From: an uncultured Candidatus Cloacimonadota bacterium
GTDB taxonomy: Bacteria; Cloacimonadota; Cloacimonadia; Cloacimonadales; WRIO01
Direction: 5' to 3'
DNA length: 64,000 nt
Assembly: GCA_964573665.1 (NCBI GenBank)
Contig: CAZNKI010000002.1
Span: forward strand, 2,767 to 66,766
Shown here: one piece after another, positions 8,809 through 18,840 of the stretch
How positions within the stretch are numbered: position 1 is the first letter of the stretch
Layout of the letters: every line of letters begins with the position of its first letter
Notes under the pieces: generated by a model
What the model saw: only the letters and a program-made list of their open reading frames with translations
Databases searched by the model: none
What the model was told of the DNA's origin: nothing
Translations under genes and position numbers: made by a program

Positions 8809-9255
8809 ATGATTAATTTTGAAAATAGAAAAGCAAAGTTTGAATATTTTTTTATCCAAGAGTGGGAAGCGGGTATTGTGTTAAAGGGAACGGAGATTAA
8901 ATCGATCCGCGAGGGAAAGGTGAATTTCAAGGATAGTTATGGGCGTATCACAGAAAATGAAGTGTGGATTTATAATTTGCATATCGCTCCTTATGAGAAA
9001 GGCTCCTATTTTAATCATGAAGCAGAACGTAAACGAAAATTACTATTGCATGCCCGTGAAATCAAACGTATGAAGAATAAGGTTGAAGAACAGGGGATGA
9101 CTCTTGTACCTATCAGAATATATATCAATGAAAAGGGCAAATGTAAAGTGATGATTGCCCTTGCCAAAGGGAAAAAGAACTTCGATAAGCGGGACTCTCT
9201 TCAGGAAAAGCAAATGAAAAGAGATACTGACCGAAAAATGAAGATGGAGGATTGA
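8809..9255 (+). CDS. smpB: SsrA-binding protein SmpB
   Basis: 148 aa with KGTEIKSIR, LHI.PYE and KRKLLLH signatures and a basic C-terminal tail. Confidence 0.95.
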   Translation: MINFENRKAKFEYFFIQEWEAGIVLKGTEIKSIREGKVNFKDSYGRITENEVWIYNLHIAPYEKGSYFNHEAERKRKLLLHAREIKRMKNKVEEQGMTLVPIRIYINEKGKCKVMIALAKGKKNFDKRDSLQEKQMKRDTDRKMKMED

Positions 9256-9294
9256 TTATTTTATTTGATCCTATAACAGGAATTAGGTAATAAA

Positions 9295-12006
9295 ATGAAA
9301 GTTAAGCTATTCTTAACCATAATGTTTTTTTCATGTTTGTTGTCTGGATTAACGAACTCAGAAATCGAGATGATTTATAAGAAAGAACTATGGGATATTG
9401 CTCAGACTTATGAAAAAGATATCGTTAACATGACTTATCAAAACCCAAAATTTGAAGCTCCATGGAAAATACTGATTGAACTCGCCCGTTTGCAAAAAGA
9501 TACTCTACAACTGATTAACTTATATAGCCGAAAATCGTATATTGATAATAGTATGCAGAATGCGATTAATGCTTTGAGTTTATCACATGATTTTCGCTAC
9601 AAAAAGCATAGAGTTTTAGCAGATAGTTTAAGCAAGCAGTTTAAAAAGAAGATTAATCGGGATGTGATTCAATATTATACTACCTACAATCAAAAGTTTA
9701 AGAAAGATCTACTCAAAATTTATGGTACATATTCCATTTATATGGAACAGTGGGCAAAGGAACAGATTGATGAGATATCAACCGAGAGTGATCATGATGC
9801 GCGAATCAAAAAGATCAGAGTGTTTTTAAAGGAATATCCTCATAGTCAATATAAAGCGAGTGCCTATCATTATCAGCTGTATAGTTACAGATCTCAAGAA
9901 AATGATAAAAAATACTATTCACTCATTCTTGATTTACTCAAAATTAAGAAGAATGCGATGATCAAATACTGGATTGCCTACTATTCGATAGATCCCCGAT
10001 TTAGAAAGAATCATTATGGGGGTCAAGCCAATTTATTACTGCTTAATCAGGCAGAGAGAAGTTTAAATGAAGCAATTGAACTTGTCAAGGCAGATGATGT
10101 TGACAGGAAGTATTATTGCCAAATCTTACCTTGGAGCAGAGAGTATTTTTTATCTAAGATATATCTAGAAAAGGCAAGAATCAATTATTATCGTTTACTT
10201 CATCAGCAGAACAAGTATGGAGATGAAGATCAAGACAAACTTAGTGTGAGTCAGGACTCAAAAGATTTTAAAAATGCATTGAGCAATTTAAAGAAAGTGA
10301 AATTTAAGAATAACAATAATGGAGAGATTGCTGGGTGGCATTTTTGGTACGGGAAATTGATGAAGGCTTCAAACCAAGCAGAGGATCAGGAATCAGCGAT
10401 ACAACATTTTATTGAATGTTTAGTGTTATCAGCCCCAAGAAATCCATACGAGAAATCATGTACAAGATATTTAAATGAATTGTATGAGAGCTCGAAAAGC
10501 ACATTAGATTTTATGAGCTGGGTTCGCAATAAGAAGAAGTATGAAGGACCCATATTTGAAGAAGTTAGTGAGAAAATAGGTTTTAAGGGCGTAAAGGCTT
10601 CCCGAGTTGCCTGGGGAGATTACAATAATGATGGTTGGGATGATTTGTTGCTTGATGGTAATATGATCTTCAGGAATAATCAAAATCTAAGTTTTACAAT
10701 GGTTTCAGATGACATTGGTCCTTTAATAAGAAGTAATAATGGTGGATTATGGGCAGATTTTAATCGTGATGGGTTATTAGATTTTATGACAATGTCATCT
10801 TCGGAGTATGGCGAAATGCTCTATTTACAAAAGGGTGGCAAGTTTGTCAGGGTGGATGAGAAAGCAGGCTCAATCAATACCTATTCGCCGACAGAAGGTG
10901 CTGCATGGGTCGATGTGTCAGGGAAAGGATTTCCAGATCTTTATTTAGCCAATTATGAAATATGGGGAGAGATTCCTGCTTTTAGTGATCATTACTTTGT
11001 GAATAAGAATGGTCATTTTGAGGATGATACATTGGATTCAGGCTTGATTAACCCATGGTATTCTGAATGTGCCGGTCGCGGAGTCGCTCCAGCAGATTAT
11101 GATAATGATGGCGAGACAGACATCCTGGTATGCAATTATCGTTTGAATCGGAATTTCTTATTCAGTAAGAGTAGAAAAGAGAATAAATGGAGAGATACTG
11201 CTCATTTAACGCGATTATCGGGGAATAATAATGATGGATATTATGGTCATTCAATAGGTGCAGATTGGGGTGATTTTGATAATGATGGTGATCTTGATGT
11301 CTTTATTGCTAATTTAGCTCATCCAAGGTTTTTAGATTTTTCAGATATCAGTCAGTTCATGCGTAATGATGGCAAGAAGATGATTAAGATTGATAGTATA
11401 GAGATTGAATATACTGAATTTACCAACATTACTGCACGAAGCGGTATCACATTTGATGAAACGCATTCAGATCCTTCCTGGTTTGATGCAGATAATGATG
11501 GGGATTTGGATTTATATATCAGCTCAATATATCCCAATGAACGCTCCTATTTGTATTTGAATCAGGGTAATGAAGAATTTGTAGATGTGAGTTTTTTATC
11601 TGGAATACGTTCATATAATGCCTGGGGAAATGCTGTGTCTGATATCAATCAGGATGGTTTATTAGATCTTTTTGTGTGTTCAGGAGATGGAGTAAAGGTG
11701 TTTTTAAATCAAAGCAAGAATGATTTTCATTCAATGATGTTAAATGCCTCCTGGATAAAAGATCGTGTATTCTTAAGCGAAGGTAAAGATTTGAGAGGGA
11801 TAGATCATTCACCAGCATTTGGATCAAGAGTAAAGCTTTTTTATCATCTTAATGGTCAGGAGTTTTCTCAGATTCGAGAGCTTCAAAGTGCAAAAGGGAC
11901 AAGTTCTCAAGCCAGTCAGAATTTGCATTTTGGATTGAATAAAGGCAAGGTTATCCGAGCAGAATTATGGTTTAAAAACGAGTTGTTAGATGTGAAGAAA
12001 TACTAA
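9295..12006 (+). CDS. Secreted FG-GAP/VCBS-repeat protein with ASPIC/UnbV-like C-terminus (CRTAC1-like) and N-terminal helical region
   Basis: Signal peptide. Repeated Ca-binding-type loops DYNNDGWDD, DFNRDGLLD, DYDNDGETD, DFDNDGDLD, DADNDGDLD, DINQDGLLD. The N-terminal ~400 aa are helical/TPR-like with no motif I recognise. Confidence 0.7.
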   Translation: MKVKLFLTIMFFSCLLSGLTNSEIEMIYKKELWDIAQTYEKDIVNMTYQNPKFEAPWKILIELARLQKDTLQLINLYSRKSYIDNSMQNAINALSLSHDFRYKKHRVLADSLSKQFKKKINRDVIQYYTTYNQKFKKDLLKIYGTYSIYMEQWAKEQIDEISTESDHDARIKKIRVFLKEYPHSQYKASAYHYQLYSYRSQENDKKYYSLILDLLKIKKNAMIKYWIAYYSIDPRFRKNHYGGQANLLLLNQAERSLNEAIELVKADDVDRKYYCQILPWSREYFLSKIYLEKARINYYRLLHQQNKYGDEDQDKLSVSQDSKDFKNALSNLKKVKFKNNNNGEIAGWHFWYGKLMKASNQAEDQESAIQHFIECLVLSAPRNPYEKSCTRYLNELYESSKSTLDFMSWVRNKKKYEGPIFEEVSEKIGFKGVKASRVAWGDYNNDGWDDLLLDGNMIFRNNQNLSFTMVSDDIGPLIRSNNGGLWADFNRDGLLDFMTMSSSEYGEMLYLQKGGKFVRVDEKAGSINTYSPTEGAAWVDVSGKGFPDLYLANYEIWGEIPAFSDHYFVNKNGHFEDDTLDSGLINPWYSECAGRGVAPADYDNDGETDILVCNYRLNRNFLFSKSRKENKWRDTAHLTRLSGNNNDGYYGHSIGADWGDFDNDGDLDVFIANLAHPRFLDFSDISQFMRNDGKKMIKIDSIEIEYTEFTNITARSGITFDETHSDPSWFDADNDGDLDLYISSIYPNERSYLYLNQGNEEFVDVSFLSGIRSYNAWGNAVSDINQDGLLDLFVCSGDGVKVFLNQSKNDFHSMMLNASWIKDRVFLSEGKDLRGIDHSPAFGSRVKLFYHLNGQEFSQIRELQSAKGTSSQASQNLHFGLNKGKVIRAELWFKNELLDVKKY

Positions 12007-12119
12007 TAATCACTTATTTAATAAGGGAGTAAATGAAGTCTTTATGATTTCATTTGACAATAAAAGTGAAAGATTTAAAAAAGGCAGTAATAAGAAAAAA
12101 AGAATAGATGGAGGATTCA

Positions 12120-13361
12120 ATGGCTGAGAAATTAGTCTATGGAACAATTAGTAGTGAAAGAGCGATTGAGCTTGAAGAAAAATACGGAGCTCATAACTAT
12201 CATCCGCTACCAGTGGTAATCGCAAAAGGTGAAGGTCCATTTGTATATGATCCAGAGGGAAAGAAATATTTTGATTTCTTATCTGCATATTCAGCAGTCA
12301 ATCAAGGACATTGTCATCCACATATTATCAATGCGATGATCGAACAAGCAAAGACAATTACCCTTACTTCACGCGCATTTTTTAATAACAAATTAGGAGA
12401 ATACGAGAAGTTTGTAACTGAATTCTTTGGATTTGAAATGTTATTATCAATGAATTCAGGTGCAGAAGCTGTAGAAACAGCGATGAAGCTTGCTCGTCGA
12501 TGGGGTTATGCAAAGAAAAATATTAAAGATAATGAAGCAATTCTACTTTTTTGTGAAGGTAATTTCCATGGTAGAACTATCAGTATTGTAACAGCATCAA
12601 CAGATCCTGATTGTAAAACACAGTTTGGTCCATATACACCAGGTATCGAAGTGATACCATATAACGATACCGATGCTTTAGAGAATTATTTAAGCAAAAA
12701 TGGCGATAAAGTAGCAGCATTTTTTGTTGAACCAATTCAGGGTGAAGCTGGTGTGTTTGTTCCAAGCGAAGGATATCTTAAAAAAGCATTAGAAATCTGT
12801 AAAAAATACAATGTATTATTTGTTGCAGATGAAGTTCAGACTGGTATTGCACGAACAGGCAGATTGTTAGCTTGTGATTGGGAAGGTGTACATCCTGATA
12901 TTTTAATCTTAGGAAAAGCTTTATCAGGTGGCGCAATGCCCGTATCAGGTGTATTATCAAGTAAAGAAATCATGTTGACCATCAAACCGGGTGAACATGG
13001 CTCAACCTTTGGCGGAAATCCATTAGCATGTGCTGTCAGTACTGCTGCATTAGAAGTTGTCAGAGACGAAAAATTAGCAGAAAGAGCGCAGGAACTTGGA
13101 GAATTTTTCCGTGATGAATTAAGAAAGATCAATCATCCAATGCTTGAATTAGTCAGAGGAAAAGGTTTGTTGAATGCTATTATCATTAAACCTAAAGATG
13201 GTAAAGAAGCTTGGGATGTATGTGTGATGTTAAAAGAGAAAGGATTGCTTTGCAAGCCAACACATCGTCATATCATTCGTTTAGCTCCACCACTTGTGAT
13301 TAGCAGAGAAGAATTAAACGAATCTGTAGCAATCATCAAATCTGTATTCGATCAATTATAG
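12120..13361 (+). CDS. rocD: Ornithine--oxo-acid aminotransferase (class-III PLP aminotransferase)
   Basis: SAVNQGHCHP, DEVQTGIARTG and LGKALSGG (PLP lysine) motifs. GGAGG lies 5 nt upstream of the ATG at 12120; the ORF-track start at 12108 overlaps the SD. Confidence 0.85.
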   Translation: MAEKLVYGTISSERAIELEEKYGAHNYHPLPVVIAKGEGPFVYDPEGKKYFDFLSAYSAVNQGHCHPHIINAMIEQAKTITLTSRAFFNNKLGEYEKFVTEFFGFEMLLSMNSGAEAVETAMKLARRWGYAKKNIKDNEAILLFCEGNFHGRTISIVTASTDPDCKTQFGPYTPGIEVIPYNDTDALENYLSKNGDKVAAFFVEPIQGEAGVFVPSEGYLKKALEICKKYNVLFVADEVQTGIARTGRLLACDWEGVHPDILILGKALSGGAMPVSGVLSSKEIMLTIKPGEHGSTFGGNPLACAVSTAALEVVRDEKLAERAQELGEFFRDELRKINHPMLELVRGKGLLNAIIIKPKDGKEAWDVCVMLKEKGLLCKPTHRHIIRLAPPLVISREELNESVAIIKSVFDQL

Positions 13362-13380
13362 AATACTAATAAAATCGCTT

Positions 13381-13412
13381 AAGCCAGGAAGTAATTTTCC
13401 TGGCTTTTTTTA
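13381..13412 (+). terminator. Rho-independent terminator after rocD
   Basis: AAGCCAGGAA / TTCCTGGCTT hairpin followed by TTTTTTATTTTTT. Confidence 0.8.
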
Positions 13413-13420
13413 TTTTTTAA

Positions 13421-13449
13421 TTGACACTCGCTGATAAAAGTATTATTAA
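13421..13449 (+). promoter_or_regulatory. Candidate promoter for the sensor kinase operon
   Basis: TTGACA (13421-13426), 17-nt spacer, TATTAA (13444-13449). Confidence 0.4.
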
Positions 13450-13498
13450 TTAAGAATAAGCAAATAATCATGCTTAGGAAACTAAGAGTGAGGTTTAT

Positions 13499-16400
13499 AT
13501 GTCAAAAGGCAGAGTTTTTGTTGTTGAAGATGATCAAGTGATGATGAGTTTTATTCAGGAATTACTTATCAATGAAAATTATCAGATTGTAGGATCATCA
13601 GAAACAGGCGAAGATGCAATTCTATCTGTTATACAGTTAAATCCTGATATTATATTGATGGACATTGAATTAGCTGGTTATCTTGATGGTGTAGAGGCTG
13701 CTGAACGCATCCGTGATTCATATTTATGTCCGATTATATTTATGAGTGGGTTAAGTGATAATGAGACTGTTAAACGTACGATGAACAATGAAGCCTATGC
13801 GTATTTAATCAAGCCATTTAAAGCAAGAGAACTGATCATTACATTAGAATTAACACTTTTTAAATATAACTCAGAGCGAGCGATTAAGCAGAAGCAACAA
13901 ACCTTATCACAAACATTAAAGTATTTAGGAGAGGGATTAATCGTTGCCGATCGGAATTTAATTATTCAGATGGTGAATCCTATTACCAGCAAATTATTAC
14001 AACAGGAAGAGAAAGAATTATTAGGTTTGCCTCTCAATAGTGTTTTAAAAATTGAAGATATGAGTACGAATCAGTTAATCTTAGCGATTATTGATTTGAA
14101 GAAATGGCCATTCCCTCCAAAACAAGTCTATGAAACTAATACAATAATGGTTAATGCATTAGGGGAAAAAATTCCAATCTATATCAATATCAATTGTTTT
14201 TATAATTCTGATGACGAGTTAGAAGGTTTTATCATCGTATTTCGCGATTTAAGTTTGCATTTAAAAAATCAGCAGCAGATTGAACGATTATCACAAGCCA
14301 TTCATTTTAATCCGATCGGTATTATGATACTTGATCCTCAAGGAGTCATCGAATACATCAATCCAAAGTTTACAGAGATTTCAGGTTATACAGAAAGTGA
14401 TTTATTGCAACATTCAATTTCATCTTTACTCAATGAAGTAAAAGATCGGCAGAAATTTGAGATAATATTGGACCATATAAAGAATGAAGAAGAATGGAAG
14501 ACCAATTATCATTCTCATCGAAAAGATGGAAGCCAGTATTGGGAAAACATTATATTAACTCCAATACGTAATGAAAAGCATGAGGTTATCAGTTATGTCC
14601 TCATAAAAGAAGATATAACATCATCAAAAACTGCCATTGAGATGATGGAACAATCTGAGAAGAAATATCGTGATTTGTTTGAGAATTCACCTGTAGCTTT
14701 ATGGTATGTTAATTTTATAAAAGTTCATAAGTATCTCAATCAATTAAAAGGGATAGGGATAGAAGATTTAAACGAATATTTTGATCTTAATCATGATTAC
14801 TTTATTGATTGTATTAAGAAGATAGAAATCGTTGATGTTAACAAGAGAGCTTTGGATTTAATAATTTGTGATAATAAAGATGATATTCTTTCTAAGTTTA
14901 TGGAAGTATTTTCATTACGAGATTATCTTTTTTTTAGGGATTTATTTGATGCCATATATCATGAACATTATTATCAACAGAATGATATTCAGATAAAGAC
15001 AATGGATCATCATTTGAAGATAGTTCAAATTAACTGGTTAGCGTCAGGATCAAACGAAGACGCATTAAATAATGTGCTTATAAGCACAAATGATATCACA
15101 GAGAAAGTAATGACAAATGAAGCATTAAAGAAACAAACCATGGATCTTAAAGAACGAATGAAAGAGCAAAATACGCTTTATCGAATACTGACGATACTAA
15201 ACAATAAAGACTTGTCCTTTGCCACAACGATAGATACTGTTTGTAAAGAAATCCCTAAAGCTTTTTTACATCATGAGCATACTTATGCAAAGATTGATAT
15301 CATTGGACAATCATACCAGTCAGATCAATTAATGATATCCAGACTTGTTTATTCGAAAGAAATCGTTTTACACGAAGAGGAACTAGGTGAAGTTAGTATT
15401 TATTGTGATATACCTCAAAGTGAGTTTTTAATATATAACGAAGAGAAAGAGCTCATTAACAATGTCGCCTCTCAGATTGCTCAATTCGTTGAAGTAAGGA
15501 GAAAAGAAGATTTAATACAATCTAAACTTGAGTTTGAAAGTTTAATATCTAAGATATCATCACGGTTTTTAAGCATGGAAAATTTCGAAAACAATGTTCA
15601 AGAATCCTTGCAAGATATAGGTATCAATACACAAAGCGATCGAAGTTATATATTTATATATAAAAACGATTACCAATATATGGATAATGTCTATGAATGG
15701 TGTAATCGTGCGGAAATTTCGCAGATACAGTACTTACAAGATATCTCGACTAAAGATTTTCCATGGTGGCAACAGAAAATACTATCAGGAGAAGCCATAA
15801 AGATAAAAAAAGTATCTCAAATGCCAGAAGAAGCTGTAAATGAAAAAGAGATATTGTTAGAACAAAGTATTGATTCTATCATTGTATTGCCATTATTTGT
15901 TGAAGAACGTGTGATAGGTTATGTTGGATTTGATTATCTCAGCGAAGAGAAGTCATGGAACGAGAATGATTTTTTAATTCTCAAATTATTTACTCAAATA
16001 TTGAGTAATGCATGGGAAAGAAAACTCACCTCTGAACAGCTCTTAAGTGAGCATAATTTTACTAACCAAATCATCGATAGTGTTTCTTCTTTAATTATCG
16101 TCATTGATACTCACCGTAATGTATTGAAGTTTAATGATTATTGCCAGAAACTATCGGGATTTAAAGGCTCAGAAATAAAAACAATCGATGATTTAAAAAA
16201 ACTATCTCTACCTGAAGAATTTGATGATGTTAAGTTATATTATTCTCTTTTGCTTGATGGAGTTCCTCAAGATACATTAGAAATTATGTGGCGAACCAAG
16301 GATAAAAAAATAAGAATCATTCAATGGAAATCGAGCATTGTATATGAAGGAGACAATGTTGATTATTTAATATTGAACGGAACAGATATTACCGAGATAA

Positions 16401-17599
16401 GAAGAGCAGAGAATCTTTTGATTGATAAAGAACAACAATATCGTTCTTTAGTTGAAAATCTTACAGTCGGTGTATTTCGATCAACTGGTTTGAATAGTGG
16501 ACGTTTGTTACAAGCAAATCAGGCTTTGGCGAATATGCTAGGTTATGAATCTATAGATGAACTCATGAAAGTAAATGAAAATGAGTTTTATTCTAATAGT
16601 TCTGATCGAACAGAGCTTATCAAAGAAGCGATAAAATTTGGAAAGATCAGTAAAAAGGAGATGTTGTTTAAGCATAAGGAAGGTTACTTAATCTGGGGTT
16701 TAATCAATGCAACAACTATATTTGATGATTATGGCAATTTCAAATGGATAGATGGTTTTATTGAAGACATCACAGAGAAGCGACAATTAGAGAATCAGCT
16801 TTTACAAAGTCAGAAAATGGAAGCCATTGGACAATTGGCTGCAGGTATCGCTCATGAGATCAATACTCCGACCCAGTTTGTATCAGATAATTTGAACTTT
16901 TTAAAGGATTCATTTGAGACGATGCAGAAGATGCTGAATAAGATTGACACTCAAAATAGTGCATTAGCTTGTGATGAACTGAAAAATAATATAGAAAGTT
17001 TAAAAACAGAGGCTGATTTTGATTTTATTTCATCTGAGATTCCTTTAGCTATCCAACAATCCTTAGATGGATTGGATCGAGTGACACGTATTGTTCGTGC
17101 GATGAAAGATTTTTCACATCCAGGGACAGAGGATCAGAAATCAATGAGTATCAATGCGATGCTTGAAAGTACTATCACAGTTGCACGTAATGAATGGAAG
17201 TATCATTGTGAAATGCATACCCATTATGGAGAGAATCTTCCAAATATATTGTGTTTTCCAGGAGAACTCAATCAGGCTTTTTTAAATATCATTGTAAATG
17301 CTTCCCAGGCGATCAAAGAGAAAATAAAGGATTCTTCTGAACGGGGAGTGATCACGATAGAAACATTGCAAGAGGGATCATTTATCGAAATCAGGATCAG
17401 TGATACTGGTGTAGGAATTAGTCAAGAGATAAAAGATAAACTATACAACCCATTTTTTACAACAAAAGAGCCTGGTAAAGGTACAGGGCAAGGTTTATCT
17501 ATCGTTCATCATTCAATAGTTAATAAACATAACGGGACAATTGATTTTGTTTCAGAGGTTGGGAAAGGAACAACATTTATAATAAGGTTGCCATTATGA
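13499..17599 (+). CDS. Hybrid sensor histidine kinase: N-terminal receiver, multiple PAS domains, GAF-like domain, HisKA/HATPase_c
   Basis: REC signature (VVEDD...DIILMDIEL...IKPF). Several PAS-like segments (e.g. NPIGIMILDPQG..., S-box YRSLVENLTVGVF). H-box AAGIAHEINTP. N/G boxes (NIIVNASQA, DTGVGI, GKGTGQGLSI). Confidence 0.85.
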   Translation: MSKGRVFVVEDDQVMMSFIQELLINENYQIVGSSETGEDAILSVIQLNPDIILMDIELAGYLDGVEAAERIRDSYLCPIIFMSGLSDNETVKRTMNNEAYAYLIKPFKARELIITLELTLFKYNSERAIKQKQQTLSQTLKYLGEGLIVADRNLIIQMVNPITSKLLQQEEKELLGLPLNSVLKIEDMSTNQLILAIIDLKKWPFPPKQVYETNTIMVNALGEKIPIYININCFYNSDDELEGFIIVFRDLSLHLKNQQQIERLSQAIHFNPIGIMILDPQGVIEYINPKFTEISGYTESDLLQHSISSLLNEVKDRQKFEIILDHIKNEEEWKTNYHSHRKDGSQYWENIILTPIRNEKHEVISYVLIKEDITSSKTAIEMMEQSEKKYRDLFENSPVALWYVNFIKVHKYLNQLKGIGIEDLNEYFDLNHDYFIDCIKKIEIVDVNKRALDLIICDNKDDILSKFMEVFSLRDYLFFRDLFDAIYHEHYYQQNDIQIKTMDHHLKIVQINWLASGSNEDALNNVLISTNDITEKVMTNEALKKQTMDLKERMKEQNTLYRILTILNNKDLSFATTIDTVCKEIPKAFLHHEHTYAKIDIIGQSYQSDQLMISRLVYSKEIVLHEEELGEVSIYCDIPQSEFLIYNEEKELINNVASQIAQFVEVRRKEDLIQSKLEFESLISKISSRFLSMENFENNVQESLQDIGINTQSDRSYIFIYKNDYQYMDNVYEWCNRAEISQIQYLQDISTKDFPWWQQKILSGEAIKIKKVSQMPEEAVNEKEILLEQSIDSIIVLPLFVEERVIGYVGFDYLSEEKSWNENDFLILKLFTQILSNAWERKLTSEQLLSEHNFTNQIIDSVSSLIIVIDTHRNVLKFNDYCQKLSGFKGSEIKTIDDLKKLSLPEEFDDVKLYYSLLLDGVPQDTLEIMWRTKDKKIRIIQWKSSIVYEGDNVDYLILNGTDITEIRRAENLLIDKEQQYRSLVENLTVGVFRSTGLNSGRLLQANQALANMLGYESIDELMKVNENEFYSNSSDRTELIKEAIKFGKISKKEMLFKHKEGYLIWGLINATTIFDDYGNFKWIDGFIEDITEKRQLENQLLQSQKMEAIGQLAAGIAHEINTPTQFVSDNLNFLKDSFETMQKMLNKIDTQNSALACDELKNNIESLKTEADFDFISSEIPLAIQQSLDGLDRVTRIVRAMKDFSHPGTEDQKSMSINAMLESTITVARNEWKYHCEMHTHYGENLPNILCFPGELNQAFLNIIVNASQAIKEKIKDSSERGVITIETLQEGSFIEIRISDTGVGISQEIKDKLYNPFFTTKEPGKGTGQGLSIVHHSIVNKHNGTIDFVSEVGKGTTFIIRLPL

Positions 17600-18831
17600 A
17601 GAGAGCGAAAATTTTATTTGTAGATGATGAGGTAAATATTCTCAATGCATTAAAAAGGAAGTTACACTTTATGAATACAGAGTGGGACATGTCCTTTGCA
17701 GACTCAGGTAAAAAGGGTTTAGAGTTAATGGAACTGAGCCCTTTTGATATATTAGTCACAGATATGCGAATGCCAGAAATGAGTGGGATTGAGTTGCTGA
17801 GTATAGTTTATGAGAAATATCCTGATGTCGTTCGAATAATATTATCTGGTCATACTGATCGAAATGCAGTGATGCAGAGTATTGGTCTAGCTCATCAATT
17901 CTTTTCAAAGCCGACAGAGACTGATGATTTAGTAGAAACGCTTCAGCGAATCATCTATGTGAAAAATCAGTTAAACAATGTTGATATGCTTAAAGTGATC
18001 TCACAGATGAAATCGCTTCCAATTCTTCCTTCTATTTATAAAGAACTGATGGAGATCATTAAATCAGAAGATGTTTCATTAAAGAAAATAGGAGATTTAA
18101 TTGCACAAGATATCAGTATTTCAGCTAAGATCTTACAGTTAGTCAACTCATCATTTTTTTCTGTGATGAAAAAGGTGTCAGACATCCATCAGGCGATCAA
18201 TTTATTGGGATTAGAGATCGTTAAAGACATTATTTTAACCTTTCATATATTTAATCAGGTGGACATTTCATTAATCAAGCGATTTCATTTAAAGGAACTT
18301 TGGATTCATTCCTTGGGAGTAGGCACATTGGCAAAATCAATTGCTCAAGATTTAAACCTACCGATTGAGAAATCAGAAAGTGCCTTTGTTGCAGGATTAC
18401 TTCATGATATTGGTCGCCTTATTTTAGTTTTGGAGTTTCCTTCCACCTATGCTGAAGTTATTCAAAGAGTTAAAAAGGAGAAAATAAGTCTTATTGAAGC
18501 GGAGCGATCAGTATTTCATATTTCTCATTGTGAAATCGCTGCTTATTTAACTAGTTTATGGGGCTTTTCTTCCTGTATTACAGAATCAATTTTATTGCAT
18601 CATCAACCCAATGTAATTCCTCATAAATCAGTGACAATAGGCACGAGTTTATATTTAGGTAATTATATATTTCACAAGTTGACTTCCCCGAATTTGTTAA
18701 GTAATTTTGTCAATATTATCGAAGATAATTTAGACCAAGCATACATCAATAGATACTCTTTACAGAAGTTAATTGATGAATATTTAGAAAGATATAAAGA
18801 TTCTTCATTGCCTTTATTTCAGATTTATTAA
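17596..18831 (+). CDS. Response regulator: receiver + HDOD domain
   Basis: REC (ILFVDDE...DILVTDMRMPEMSG...SKP) followed by an HDOD-type segment (LPSIYKELMEII...AKILQLVNSSFF...AINLLG...LLHDIGRL). ATGA start/stop overlap with the kinase gene. Confidence 0.85.
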   Translation: MKRAKILFVDDEVNILNALKRKLHFMNTEWDMSFADSGKKGLELMELSPFDILVTDMRMPEMSGIELLSIVYEKYPDVVRIILSGHTDRNAVMQSIGLAHQFFSKPTETDDLVETLQRIIYVKNQLNNVDMLKVISQMKSLPILPSIYKELMEIIKSEDVSLKKIGDLIAQDISISAKILQLVNSSFFSVMKKVSDIHQAINLLGLEIVKDIILTFHIFNQVDISLIKRFHLKELWIHSLGVGTLAKSIAQDLNLPIEKSESAFVAGLLHDIGRLILVLEFPSTYAEVIQRVKKEKISLIEAERSVFHISHCEIAAYLTSLWGFSSCITESILLHHQPNVIPHKSVTIGTSLYLGNYIFHKLTSPNLLSNFVNIIEDNLDQAYINRYSLQKLIDEYLERYKDSSLPLFQIY

Positions 18832-18840
18832 GGAGATAAT